NCBI GenBank assembly: GCA_905178155.1
Contig: CAJINV010000003.1
Location: forward strand, 1,669,557-1,733,556
Direction: 5' to 3'
DNA from: Amoebophrya sp. A120
Taxonomy: Eukaryota; Protista; Dinoflagellata
Length of the DNA stretch: 64,000 bases
Under the pieces are notes generated by a model, which had not been told where the DNA came from, did not search any database, and saw only the letters and a list, made by a program, of their open reading frames with translations. The position numbers and the translations under genes were made by a program. Of this stretch, positions 1 through 11,394 are shown one piece after another (position 1 is the stretch's first letter; each line of letters opens with the position of its first letter).

Positions 1-399
1 GTAGTAGCCCACATTTACCGTGACCGAGTGCTTCCCGGGTAGGAACAGGAAAGCGTGACGCCTCTGACTGAACTCGCGCCCCCTTTCCTCGAAGTAGCCC
101 CGGGCGTCGTGTACCGTGTACGTGCCGTGTTCGGAGAAAATGTCGTCCAGAATGGCCTGTTTATCGGCCGGCGACTGTTCCTCATCGGGGCGGAAAACGG
201 TCACCGCTCCTTTCGGCCACGCCGGTGGATTTGGGTACGTAGTTGGGGCGGGTGGCAATCCCTTCGATGTTGTTCCCAGCAACGCCTGGTCGGCAATCGC
301 GAAATTTGTAGATGACCTTGTCAGGAGCAACATTGATGAAAACCAAGCAGCACGTAGGCGACGAGGAGATGAGAAAAAGCAAAAAGCGGAAGGTGACAT
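1..399 (-). CDS. 5' part of a GH55-like (bacterial-type exo-beta-1,3-glucanase-like) protein; runs off the left edge
   Basis: Not in the ORF track because its stop is outside the window. Manual translation from ATG at 399: MSPSAFCFFSSPRRLRAAWFSSMLLL...YPNPPAWPKGAVTVFRPDEEQSPADKQAILDDIFSEHG...REFSQRRHAFLFLPGKHSVTVNVGYY. This resembles the N-terminal QF...RYALLFKPG.Y...VNVGYYT motif of bacterial GH55 enzymes (recalled motif, no search run). Confidence 0.65.
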   Translation of the reverse strand, partial: MSPSAFCFFSSPRRLRAAWFSSMLLLTRSSTNFAIADQALLGTTSKGLPPAPTTYPNPPAWPKGAVTVFRPDEEQSPADKQAILDDIFSEHGTYTVHDARGYFEERGREFSQRRHAFLFLPGKHSVTVNVGYY

Positions 400-912
400 C
401 TTGATTGATGCAGAATGGGTACTAGTATTGCCATTGAGTGTCAAATACGTTCATTTCATTCACGTGGAACCGCAGGGGATATTTACTTTCACAACATGAA
501 CAGCATCATACAAGGATTGCGCTACTTACTTATCTGTTCATCCAGTGTATGCTTTGACTTTGTACAGTTAGAGGCAATAAAAACGAGGACGATGAACTCA
601 GAGTTTTTGGGTCAAATAGATCGATTTGCAGAAACGTGTACTTCGCCACCCCGATAGTACCTCCATCACGGAAAAAAAGTCGAGCGGCTTTGCTTTTGAC
701 GAGACATACTCTGTCAAGCTCATCGGCTTCTTTATCTTCTGGGGAACACACTCACACGTTTTGAATGAATCCACAAGCGAATATATTACTTCTTGTGCTT
801 TACTATCAAGACTAAGTGTTAGTACATATTGATTTCTTATTTGTTCAGTACCCTTCTGTAGTTCGCGGAAGAACATGAAGATGCTCGTGGTCGTTTTTTT
901 TCATCTGTCGCT

Positions 913-3900
913 TCATCTTTGCGGCCCAGCACCAGCTGCATTTAAGTCGTTCAACGTCTGCATGACTTGTTTGCATTTGTCTGTGACTCTATCGAATTCC
1001 CGTGGGTCCCGTACGAAGGGCTTCACGCGTGCCAAAAATTTGTCGGGATGCCACCGCAGCAGCAAGACCTTGCGTTCTTGCTTGGAGGTAAGCGAAAGCC
1101 AATCCAAGTCCATGGCCCGCTTGCTCTTGTTTTCGAAATCCTGCAACCCGCGGGGCCACGGGATGTCGGAGTAGGTAATTCTGTTCTTCTCCGCGATGCC
1201 CTGGCCTTGCACGAACGAGGACCAACGCCGCTCGTCCTCCGCAAGACCATCCTTCGCGCGTTCCGCCCGTGTCTTGGTAGGTTGGGACGGATATCAAATG
1301 CAAAAATGTCTGTGTCTGAAAGGTTGGAGCTTGTGATGCTAGCTTTGGACTCTAGAAAAAACTGTATTGCATGATCAGCAAGAGGAGTCTAGTTTGTGCT
1401 ACGCGGGGAGGGCATTTGTCATGCGGAATAGGCATCAGGAAGCCCTGTAAAAATCTGTGATGCTAGGTCATGCATTACAAACATCATGGGTCATGCAACA
1501 TATGCATGACAAACCCGGCAATATTCCCGACCCAGACATTTTTGCATTTGATAACGGACCGGCGGGGGTGAACTCGCGCGCCGGCGGGAGCCCGCTGTTC
1601 GGCCGCGGCTCCGGGCCCGCGGGGCGGTCGTAGGGAAGGTCTTCTGCGTCTTGATGCGAAGCACCCGCGGGCCGGTATTCCTCCCGCGAGAACCCGGGGT
1701 AGTACGTCGGCGGTGGTCGCGGCCCCGTAGGCGCCTTGACGTTTCGGGTTTCCTGTTTCTGCTGCTCCGTCAGGTTTTTGTACATGCGGTCCTGCCTGGT
1801 CTGGTGCGAGTTCAAGGCGGCGTCTCTTTGGCGCTCGCGCGCCTCCGCCTCGGACTCCAAGTGTTTTTGTTTTTTGCGCTGCCTCTGCTCCAAAATGTCG
1901 TCCACCCAGGAGTTGTTGAAGTTATTGGGCCCGCCGCCGGCGGCGCTCTGGGAGCTGTAAAAGCTGTCGAAATAGGAGGTTGACCGCGCGGAGGTTCTAG
2001 CGCCAGTGGTCTCGTCCTCCTCGTCGTCGTCGTGGCAAGCCGCATCGAAGGCGGCCCACGCGCGCGCCCAGTCCGAGATCGCGTTGTTCTGGGCCGTGGA
2101 GAGCCACGGCTTCCTCTTTACTGGCGGCACGACGGGCCACAGACGACGCCCTGAGAACCCACGAAGATCCTGAAAAGATCACCCCCGACACTCCAGGGGG
2201 AGGGGTAGGAAAGATTCGGAGCGTCCGCCCCTCTGTAGCTTCCAGGGACAGCCTGCCGACGAAAGGGAAGCATAGACCGCTCGTGTAACGCGCGTTCCAC
2301 GAAGGTATGGTAGATGTGAGAAAGGGCCAGACGCCCCGCGGGCGTTGCCACAGGCGCTAGCTTGCTGGGAGTGACGAATAACCACGCCCAACAAAGGCGA
2401 GCGAGTGGTCGCGCGGTTGTAAAAGCCCTGGCGCGACGCGGAACAATCTGGGGCCCGGCAATGGACGGAACTGCCCCCGTCCGCAGGGTCCATCTCGCTT
2501 CCATGGGCCAGATATACCCGAGCCCGAGGACAAGGCCAGGTCGGAAATGGTCCAGCAAAAGACGGCGCACTAGCCCCAAAGCGAGTTTTTTTTTTGATTC
2601 AAAAACGAAGCCGCTGAATTTGTTGAATCAAAGAAACAGCCCGTGTTTCAAGGGTAGAAAGGCCACTTCTTGAACCCCGAACAAAGGATCCGACCAAGGT
2701 TCAAACAATGTTCAAAGTCGCCAATCACGGCGGTATGGCGAAAGCTTCAGAGGCCAAAAAAAAGTTCCTAAAAAGTTCCGTTCAAGATCCGATAAAGTTC
2801 CGATCAAGATCCTGTCCAGAGGACACTTTTTTGGCCACTTTTTTGCGCCGCCAAATCCATAGATTCTAGGCGGGGGAGGGGCCAGGAAAAGCGGCGAAAA
2901 AAGTGTCCTCTGGACAGGATCTTGATCGGAACTTTTGAAAATGGAGATGGCGGCCATGAACTCTGGAAAATGGCCCCGTGCCTGGCCGAATTCCACTGGA
3001 GAATGCTCCTGAGTACAAAAATTGTGCCGCGGGGAGAAAACTCCCACCCTTGTTTGACATGCTTTCTGCAGGATTGGCCTGCCGATCCCCGCGACCCCAA
3101 GAAGCAAAACACTTGGCACCACATCGCGCCAAAGGCCATCGCCTCTCTGCGGGCTCCCGGATGCTGGGCAGGTAGAATGCCTGCGGTCGAAACACCTCCG
3201 CGCCACCCCCTTTCCAATGTCCAAGACTACCGCGAAAAAACTACAGAAGCACACCAGAAGGGGGGGCAAAAGGACACGCTGGCCGCGGCGGGCGGCGCGT
3301 TCCCTGGCGGCTGGCCCGCGCCAAGTTTTGCGTGGCCGTAAAATACCGACATACCCCCGCAACGGGAAAAAAAATCGCGCTTCCCAAACAGGGCGGCCCT
3401 CGGGATAGGCTCGGCAGCTATGCGACACGCCCAGAAAAGGCCGCGCAAATTTGCTATACAAAAGAGGCAAAGCGAAGGCCAAAACATTGGGCCTGATTCG
3501 TAATTTCGGGGCGCCGAAGTAGCCCAGCGGCCAGGATCTTGATAGGATCTTTTTGGGATCTCAGACGAGCTGAAGTGGCCCGGCGTTCCGTCCAGATCGC
3601 GTTGTTCTGGGCCGTGGAGAGCCACGGCTTCCTCTCGTCGTTGGGCCGGGCGTAGGACGACCGCTTGTTGTCGGGCTTGCCCAAGCTGGGCACCCGCTCC
3701 CGCAGGTTCGCCGGCAGCCTTAAGACGTCCGCGCCATACTGTACCAGGATCGCCTATGGAACTCTCAAACGTTACACTCTCAACTGTTACATGATTTGTC
3801 ATGCATACCCGACTGCGCCACATCAAAAATCTTTGCACCGTCGCCGCAAGCAGCTACGGCCGCAGGAGATCTAGGGTCAGAACATGATTTGTCATGCAAA

Positions 3901-4805
3901 TTTACCACCAAGATCGCCGCGATCAAGCTGCTTCGCATGGCAAATCTACGAAGGGCTAAACAGCGTCGAAATCTGTGCCAAATCTGTAATGCAAGAGGCG
4001 CAATCTTCGCCAGTTCTGTTCACTTTTGCCGGTCTTGCATGACAAACTTATGCAACAGTTGAGAATGTAACATTTGAGAACGCCATATCGCCGCGAGCGA
4101 GCCGCGGTAGAGCTCCGCGGCCTCGCGGAGCAGCGGTGCGAGTTGGTACCCCGTGGCCGTCGTCTCCCGGTTTTGCCGCGAGGAGGAACGGAATTCGCAA
4201 TAGTCGAGGAGCACGGGAAGCGTTTCCGTGGCGAACGCGACATCTTCGTGTCGCAACAAGTCGGAGAAAACGCTGCTCGACGTTCTACTTTTGCTGTTTG
4301 TCATTTCCGCGGGGTCCTCGCTTATTTCATCCGAGGATGAGGACGAGTCTTTACTCCTCTTCCTCGAAGACGCTGACGATGCATGTGAATCTACAGTGGA
4401 AAGCAACAGCTGTCGGAGGGCGTCGGGCGTGAGCTTCGTAGTCTGTTTCTTTTTCTTCTTTGCTTTCTTCTTATTCGCCTTCTTGTCACCAGCAGCAGCA
4501 TCTACCCCGCCGCTCTCGACGTGCTTCAGAAGCAGTTCTTGGAGCTGGAAAGCGTCCGGATCCTTGAAAAGAGCCTTGCGCAACTGCTTCAAGAGTTTGT
4601 GGCTTGCCTCCAGCGTCGCGTTCTTCTCTTTTTTGTCAAAGGAAGAAGATACTGAACTACGACTGGAATTCGAGGACTGAGCAGAGGAAGACGATGTCTC
4701 GTTTTTTCTTTTCTTGGTTGGTTTCTTCTTGTCGTGCTTGCGAGAACGGCTCCGGCTCCGCCCGCGATCCTTTTTCTTTTTGCTTGTCTTTTTGTCGCGA
4801 GGCAT
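913..4805 (-). CDS. Multi-exon NFKBIL1-like protein: basic/Ser-rich N-terminus, ankyrin-like LVQYGAD segment, coiled coil, C-terminal DIPWP...LLRWHPDKF J-like domain
   Basis: ORFs 4020-4805, 3454-3693, 1468-2130 and 913-1212 join in one frame after removing element 3755-4087 (+1 TSD), the insert 2118-3635 and element 1292-1553 (+1 TSD). Junctions read ...GSLAA|ILVQYGADVL...NDERKPWLSTAQNNAI|SDWARAW...PAGP|SQPTKTRAE...ITYSDIPWP. Confidence 0.75.
1292..1553. mobile_element. Introner-like element, family A (non-canonical intron)
   Basis: TIRs TATCAAATGCAAAAATGTCTG / CAGACATTTTTGCATTTGATA; perfect TSD ACGGA at 1287-1291 and 1554-1558; removal restores the frame. Confidence 0.95.
2118..3593. mobile_element. 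1476-bp insert with degenerate ~58-bp TIRs, flanked by a perfect 42-bp duplication of exon sequence; probable intron
   Basis: AGATCGCGTTGTTCTGGGCCGTGGAGAGCCACGGCTTCCTCT occurs at 2076-2117 and 3594-3635. Segment 2123-2180 matches the reverse complement of 3535-3592 at about 40/58 positions. No coherent ORF inside. Confidence 0.8.
2794..2935. repeat. Perfect 39-bp inverted repeat with 64-nt spacer inside the 1.5-kb insert
   Basis: AAAGTTCCGATCAAGATCCTGTCCAGAGGACACTTTTTT (2794-2832) is the exact reverse complement of 2897-2935. Confidence 0.92.
3755..4087. mobile_element. Introner-like element, family B, with a 93-bp internal expansion
   Basis: TIRs TATGGAACTCTCAAACGTTACACTCTCAACTGTT / AACAGTTGAGAATGTAACATTTGAGAACGCCATA; perfect TSD TCGCC. 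Confidence 0.95.
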
Positions 4806-5558
4806 GCTGTTGCTGTGGGGTTAGAATTAGTCGACTCGAAAAGCGAAAAGGAAAAATGGTATTTATAGGATTGTTGTTGACACAGGAAACATAATGATAA
4901 AGTGGTTTAAATAAGTGCCAAGGATGAGGGAAGCGGGTTTTCATGTTTATTGTGTCGGGAAATATCAAAAAAAGGGGAAGCAGACGAATTAAATAAGTAC
5001 AGAGGCCCAAGAAAATGAAAAAGATGCGGACACAACTTCAAAACCATATTGTCCGCAGCCCTGCGCAGAAGATCATCGAAAAATGCCGCAGTGGACGAAG
5101 GAAACAGGAGACTGTTTAACTTTGAAAATTATGACCATTCCTCTTGCAGTGGCAGCAGAGAGGTGGTGGAGCGCTGCAAGCCGTGATCGTGGTGAACGGC
5201 TGCGATTTCTCTACTTTGCCTTCTTCTTCAATTTTCGTTTTCGATCTGCGAATTGTAAAAATTGTTCAACAGCTTCACTGTTCTTTCTTTTCTGCTTGTG
5301 CTTTTTTTCTTGTCCTTCGCGCGACAAAGAAATCCACAGTTCTTGCGCAACAAATTAAGCCTATGATAAGCCCGAGATAGTGTACAGTGGCTTCCACAAT
5401 GAAGGCCGTGTAACCCTCGAACTGATTGAAAATGGAGTCCTTGCCGTGCGGGGCCAGCTCGAGAACCTATGATAAATGGATCACAATTACTTATTTTGCG
5501 ACAATAAATTTTTAGCGAACCTCCAATGGCGGCTCCCTGCTTCGTTGATCAGAAAATA

Positions 5559-6350
5559 TTATCTAATATTGATCTTGTAAATACGGCACGCAGGAGGCCG
5601 CCTGCGTGCCGTGTTTACGAGACCATCCATGTGTTCAAATAAAAGAAGAACGAAAATTATACGAGATAGATTACCATACGAATACAACTTGAACATTATC
5701 GCAAAAAATACCTGATTGTAGTATTCATTTGTTCTGACGGCCCGCTGGTACAGAAGTGCACATCTGGATTTCTTCGAGCAGGTTGCACTGCCTCCGACTC
5801 CTGGGTTGTCGCCTGATTTTTCTTTCTCCATTGCCATTTCTTTGCTCGCCGCCGGGCACTTTTGTTTCTGCAGCATTTGCGCGAAATCGAACTCGACACC
5901 GCCTTGGTATTTCAAAAGGTCTCGCACCGCCAGCACCCCGCGGTGCAGCAGAGTGCCACGCTTTCTGGCTGCGTACCGTGCTTCTCTTCTTGCCGTAACA
6001 GCTATCCGAGCGGTCTCGCAAACGTTGCGGTCAAACTCAGACTCGACCTCAGCAGCTTTAGTGGCAACTCCGTTTTCGAGGACGATCGGCACTTCGTTGG
6101 GAGTATAATTGTCTGGTACACCATTTTGGCCATCTTCTTTGCTCCTGCTCGTGGAGTAGTACAAACTTTTCTCTGGCGGTGGCGGAATATTTTTCTCGAG
6201 CTGGGAGTGGTACCATCGGCGGACGTCCGCCGCTGGCAATCCACCATCCGGGTGAAGAAGACATGAGATGTCCAACAACCAGGTCAAACTTACCAAGGTG
6301 GCAAGGAGGATCTGGATAATACGGGATAAACGACTCACAACCACCATCAT
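5559..6350 (-). CDS. Uncharacterised protein with N-terminal signal/anchor; 3' end probably spliced to exons near 5150-5480
   Basis: 263-aa ORF with a hydrophobic N-terminus; no family motif recognised. Confidence 0.5.
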   Translation of the reverse strand: MMVVVSRLSRIIQILLATLVSLTWLLDISCLLHPDGGLPAADVRRWYHSQLEKNIPPPPEKSLYYSTSRSKEDGQNGVPDNYTPNEVPIVLENGVATKAAEVESEFDRNVCETARIAVTARREARYAARKRGTLLHRGVLAVRDLLKYQGGVEFDFAQMLQKQKCPAASKEMAMEKEKSGDNPGVGGSATCSKKSRCALLYQRAVRTNEYYNQVFFAIMFKLYSYGNLSRIIFVLLLFEHMDGLVNTARRRPPACRIYKINIR

Positions 6351-7653
6351 GCTCGTGCGATTCTGCTACTGCGATTCTGCTGCGTTGGTTGTGAAGAGAA
6401 AAAAAATATGAATGCCTATGGTGTCCAGACGACAGAAGTTTATAGTTCGTAATTCTATGCCCGAGGTTTGGGCGTCATCTTTACAGAGAGAGACCACATC
6501 AAACTACCTGTTATTCAATATTTTTGTGCAATTACTACAGGTCGTTGGACCATTTTCATGCCGCATCGGTCAGGTTCATACACCCACGGACCTGCACCAT
6601 ATTAACATCTCTAATAGATGACGATGAGAAAGATCATGGGAACATAAGCATGCGATTGCGAATGGAAAATTGAGTCAAACAAAAATATGCTCAAAACGGG
6701 CACGGCCACGGCCACGGGTCAAATGAGGGTGACGAATAAAATATTGACATCCTATCAATGGATCAAAATCAATGTGATTGTCGCTGAAAGAGAAGTCACG
6801 CCGTCACAGCCGGACGGTAGCATCTTGAGTTGACACGTTCACCATGACCGACGAGGAGATGCTTCAAATAAACCAAGACCCTACTGCGATCTTCATCTTT
6901 CATTTTTCCGACGAACTGAAATGCCGGCTGCCTCCTTCCTGTGTATTACTATCAGTTGCAAGAACTAAAATTAAATTTTTTCTTTCTGGAAAGAGTGTCA
7001 GACGAGTTTTCCGGTGCTGGTAGTCGTAAGTAGGTGATCTTCATCTGAACAAGAAACTCAGCTTCTACTGCCATATTGCAATTAGCTGCAACAAGTCGCC
7101 CCCCTCAGTACTGTAGGTAACGAGCGTTCGCTTCGATAATGATGCTCATGCTGCGCATTCTTCTACATTACATTTTACATAGCTGAGTGCTCTGATTCCC
7201 GGATCCGAAACACTTTGCAGATACTGCTAAACACGATCACTGACTCCTCATACAAATGGAGCATTCCGACCGACATCATAACTAACACGCCTTTTTGTCG
7301 CGCAGCTATAATTGATTCGGAAATAGCAAAGTTTCCGGCACAAGAAGAACTGTTTGGGGCTCGCGCCACTGTGTAGGCACAACGGCGCGGAAATCTACTG
7401 CGCATAACATAATATAAAAGAAGTAAGTTGTAGTACTGGTACTGCATTTCAAACTTTCCGGCAGAGGAAGAACTATGATCAGCGCCAATGCATTTCTACT
7501 GATTCCGCTTGTTGTTGTTACAGAACTATCATTATACACGTGTAGAAAAGAGGGCGATAAACTTTTGTTGATAGCTGGTGTGTGATCACCTGAAAACTTG
7601 CATCCGCGCGCCTTTTGGAGTCGCTAACGATGCTCGTCTGGATCGCCAAGGGC

Positions 7654-10600
7654 TCAGAGGTTCTTGAGCTTTTTCGTTTTCACCGCTCTCTTGGTGCCAT
7701 TGAGCAGCACCTGCAGGGCCGTCTCGAACAGAATCTTCTTCCGCAGCTCAAGTCGAAACAGCCGTTCTTGCAGAACCTGTTCGAGGAGCGGCAGAAGCAA
7801 TACCCGGACAAAGTAGCGCGCGGCCCCGTGGCGAATGTCCTTTTCATCCTGTCGAGGAGCGGGCACCTGCAAAAATTTGTTGTCTAGTCCCATATGGCTT
7901 CGGGAGGCCATGACGAACTGTACGAAGTTCTTGCGCTTTTCGACTTCTTGGAACATGGCGTCGACGATGCTAGGAAGTTTGGTCTTCTCCTCTTGTTCCC
8001 ACTCAGCCGTTCCGGGGACAAATCGCTCCTCCAGGTAAAAGTGTGACTTTTTCTATCCCATAGAAAAAGACAGGCACGGCATAGCTTTAATGCGAAAATA
8101 ACCTAATCGAAAAGACCGGTATGGCGTTCTGTTTATGGTACACAATACAGATTCTTTGTGTGTGTTGATTTTTGCGTGACAAATAGGCTTTGCTTGTCTT
8201 TTTCTGCAGGATACTTGCCAAGCATTCACGTTCGTCCTCACCTCCAGCTCCCCGCGGAGTTCGTCGGCCGTCCTCGTATATCCAATGCAAACATGTCTGG
8301 GTCTAGAACAAGGATGCAAGGATTGTCATCCGCATTTTTCATGACAGCTGATGCCTGTGATGGACGCCCCAGCATCACAGATTGTTTGATGGCGTCTTGC
8401 TGCCTATATTGCATGACAAATACCCTCTCCGCGTAACAAAAACTGGATTCCTCTTGCTTCTCATGCGATATAGACTTTTTTTCGAGTCCACAGGCCCGCG
8501 TCACAAGCTGCATCCTTCCAGATCCAGACATATTTGCGCGTGATATATCATTGCGCGACTGAGCGTTGTGGAGTACATCTAGCTGACGCAGGGCGGTTAA
8601 AAATGTGAGTCCTCGACCGGGGGGCACCTGCCTGCTTCCCCTGCTTCCAGTACGCGAAGATGGAAACATTGATGCAGGTGCGTCGCTGAGCCATTGATTC
8701 ATTTCATCACGCATTTGGTCACGTTTTCCACCGCGCAGAAAGCCATGGAAGGAGCTTCCTGGTGGACGAGCGGCTGTCCGTAGTCTTCGTGGCTCTGGGA
8801 GGAAGGCGCTCAGCAACCAATCGCGCAGTTTCTCGCGACTCTCCAGCCCTGTGAGGTAGTCCTGAGCCCAAGCCGCGCATCCAGCCTCACCAACCACAGT
8901 GCACAAAAGGGACTTGAAGCGGTCCCCTAAATATGCGATGATCTCGTCTCTGCTGGCGTCTTCGTTGTGTTCGTCAAAAAGCTGCTTCGCGTCCTTCCGG
9001 TACCGGCTGATCGGATCTTCTGCGTTCTTCTTGCCGTCTTCGCTCATGGTGATAGAAATGGCATCAGGAGGAGGAGTGTTCGCTGGATAGGACTCGCGCA
9101 GTTTTGACGCAAAAGCCTGGACGTGTTTCTCTCGCTCCGCCTCTGTCCACGACGGACGCAACATTCGCTGGACGCGGATCGCACAACCGTACTTGTGCAA
9201 AAAAATGCCCAAGCTCTTTTCCGACGGGTCGAACAGCCAGTCTGTAGTCAACTCGTAAAAGCTTGTCGGTTTATCGGGATCGTCTTGTTCCTCATCAAAG
9301 TCCTCTTCTCCGGCGTACAAGTTCGGCCTGTCTGCGCGCTCCCGCATTGCTTCAACATGTTCGTCGTCCTTCCGCGTAAGAAAAGCGAGATCTCGATTTT
9401 CGTCCCGCGTCAAGTCAGGGTCTCTTTTGTTTTGCGTGTAGCTCAACATGAAGTCGTACTCAGGCCGGAAGAGTACAGGCGCCAAATGTTCGCTGTACCG
9501 TTCTACATCCTGTTTGTAAGCGAAGTTAATGCGGGGCATGTTGTCCCCCCCGCCAGCAGGCCCAGGCGAAATCTCCTCCTCCGGCTCGTAAGGCCCCGGC
9601 AGCATCTGCCTCTCACTTTCGCGCCAAAGCGTCTTCATCGAATCTAGCAAGTACTTCCCCTTGTGCTCCTTCTCCAAACTTCTTTGCGAAGGGGAATTCT
9701 TCAAAAAATACATCCCGACGTCCGCAGACGGCTCGATCGTGAGCCGATAAAGCTCTTCCATCAGTTCGATCCTGTGCTGAATTTGGGCATGCGTTGACTC
9801 GTGCTTCCGAACCATATTGGCGTTGGCGCCCAAGACGTCAACGTAGCCCTGCGAAAACTGGTCCCCTTGTTCCCTCGCGTAGTCAACAAGGGAACCGTAG
9901 GCGAACAACAGCCCGGCACGCCGCTCGTCGTCGTTATTAGCATCTTCATCTTGTATTTGTGGCTCGGGATCGGGAAATAGTTGTTGGTCGCAGACGAGAT
10001 GCTCCGCATTTTTTTCGACACTTTTTTCACTCTCCTCGGCGCACGTATTCGGAAACATTTTGCTGACCCGGTTGTAAAGCCGCGAGTGCTTAATGATGCG
10101 CGCGATTTTGCTGCCACCTAGCGGGAAAAACGAGGTGACCACGCGCCCCACTGGATCTTTTGGAAGCCCTTGAGCTTTATCGGAAAAAATACTCTTCATC
10201 CTGTTCATGAACTTAGACGCTGGCCCCGAGCGTGGGGGAAGCTCCTTCATCTTCAGGGCACCGTAGAGTTGTTCTACCGCCTCGCGATGCGCAGCAGCTA
10301 GTTCTCCTGAAATCGCCGACTTCAATGCAGCCAGCGAGTCTGGAGCAGCGATTGGGCCCCACTTGACAACAAGACTTGACCGTCCCTGGCTCCGCGTCTT
10401 CGCCCCCACGTCGAGAAGCGCCGATCGCCACAATCCACCAAAGCGTTCGGTGAACCAGTCGAGCGGCCGATCCCCGTCAACCAAGGGAGCCTTCGTCCGA
10501 AACGAAGGCAGGGCCGCCGGTGTGGCTTCTGAAGTAACCAAGGCATGACCCCCCGCGATGTCCAGCACCGGCTCTGTCATGAGGGCGCCACCTGCACGCC

Positions 10601-10961
10601 CGATGAAGTCGGTGCGGGCGCCATCGACGTTGTGCATTGCAAGTTTTTTCTGTCCTCCTCGCTCAGAACAACTTTGAATTGCTGATTGCCCAACATGATA
10701 TGTGTCACTGTAACTAAACTTCTCTCCTTGGAAAATCGGACTCGCAGACGAAGAGTCTCGGCTTTCCTTTCCCCGCTCGGTGACAGACGAGGCCTGTGGC
10801 TGCACCCGAACCGCAAACGCAAAAGGCGAACCAGACACAGGCATACCGTCTGGCTGGAAGACATCAAACGACAAGGCCGTCATCAGAAACTGCAAAGACA
10901 AGATTTTTGTGATGGATGCCTTTCGCCCACTCACAGGGCTGCGACTGTCTTGTCCCTCCAT
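7654..10961 (-). CDS. Large uncharacterised protein (~960 aa), possible signal sequence
   Basis: The long ORF reads to ...AQSRND; after element 8279-8545 comes a micro-exon TRTADELRGELE, a canonical GT-AG intron (8053-8241) and a last exon KKSHFYLEERF...KKLKNL*, all in frame. Confidence 0.7.
8279..8545. mobile_element. Introner-like element, family A (divergent), flanked only by TA
   Basis: TIRs TATCCAATGCAAACATGTCTGGGTCT / AGATCCAGACATATTTGCGCGTGATA. Removing the element plus one TA gives the frame required by the next GT-AG intron. Confidence 0.85.
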
Positions 10962-11263
10962 TTTTTTTTTGCTGAAGACGACAAGAAATGGAAATCAACA
11001 GCTGAAAATCTATAATATAATTGGTTTGTGAGAGAAAGAGAATGTAGTCGAGCAAACTTATACTTATACTTGTACTAGTACTTTTACGAAATTCTACAGG
11101 TATAGCTATACGTAGACCTAGACACGGCAGAAGGAGATATGGGCTACGACAAGTTAATCTGTTAGTTATACGAGCTAATATGCTCCTCTAGCTCTGGCAG
11201 CGATCTTAAAATTCAGCTGGGCGAACTTATGTGATCTGCTAGGCTTCCTTTGCAGCTTAAAGA

Positions 11264-11394
11264 AGCATTATTTCTTTCTTTCTTTCCGTGCCCGGGCACG
11301 GCATCAAATGTTCAAGGCCCTAAAGGAGCATATTTCTTTCTTTCTTTCTTTCTGTTCGTGCCAGGGCTTGGCGTCAAAGGTTCAAGGCCCTAAA
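11264..11394. repeat. Imperfect tandem duplication (~61-68 bp unit containing a TTTC run), intergenic
   Basis: AGCAT..(TTTC)n..CGTGCC.GGGC..GGC.TCAAA.GTTCAAGGCCCTAAA occurs at 11264-11324 and 11327-11394. Confidence 0.8.

Noticed and set aside
116-499. Plus-strand ORF, and the many other plus-strand ORFs in the track
   Set aside because: They are antisense shadows of GC-rich minus-strand genes and carry no family motifs.
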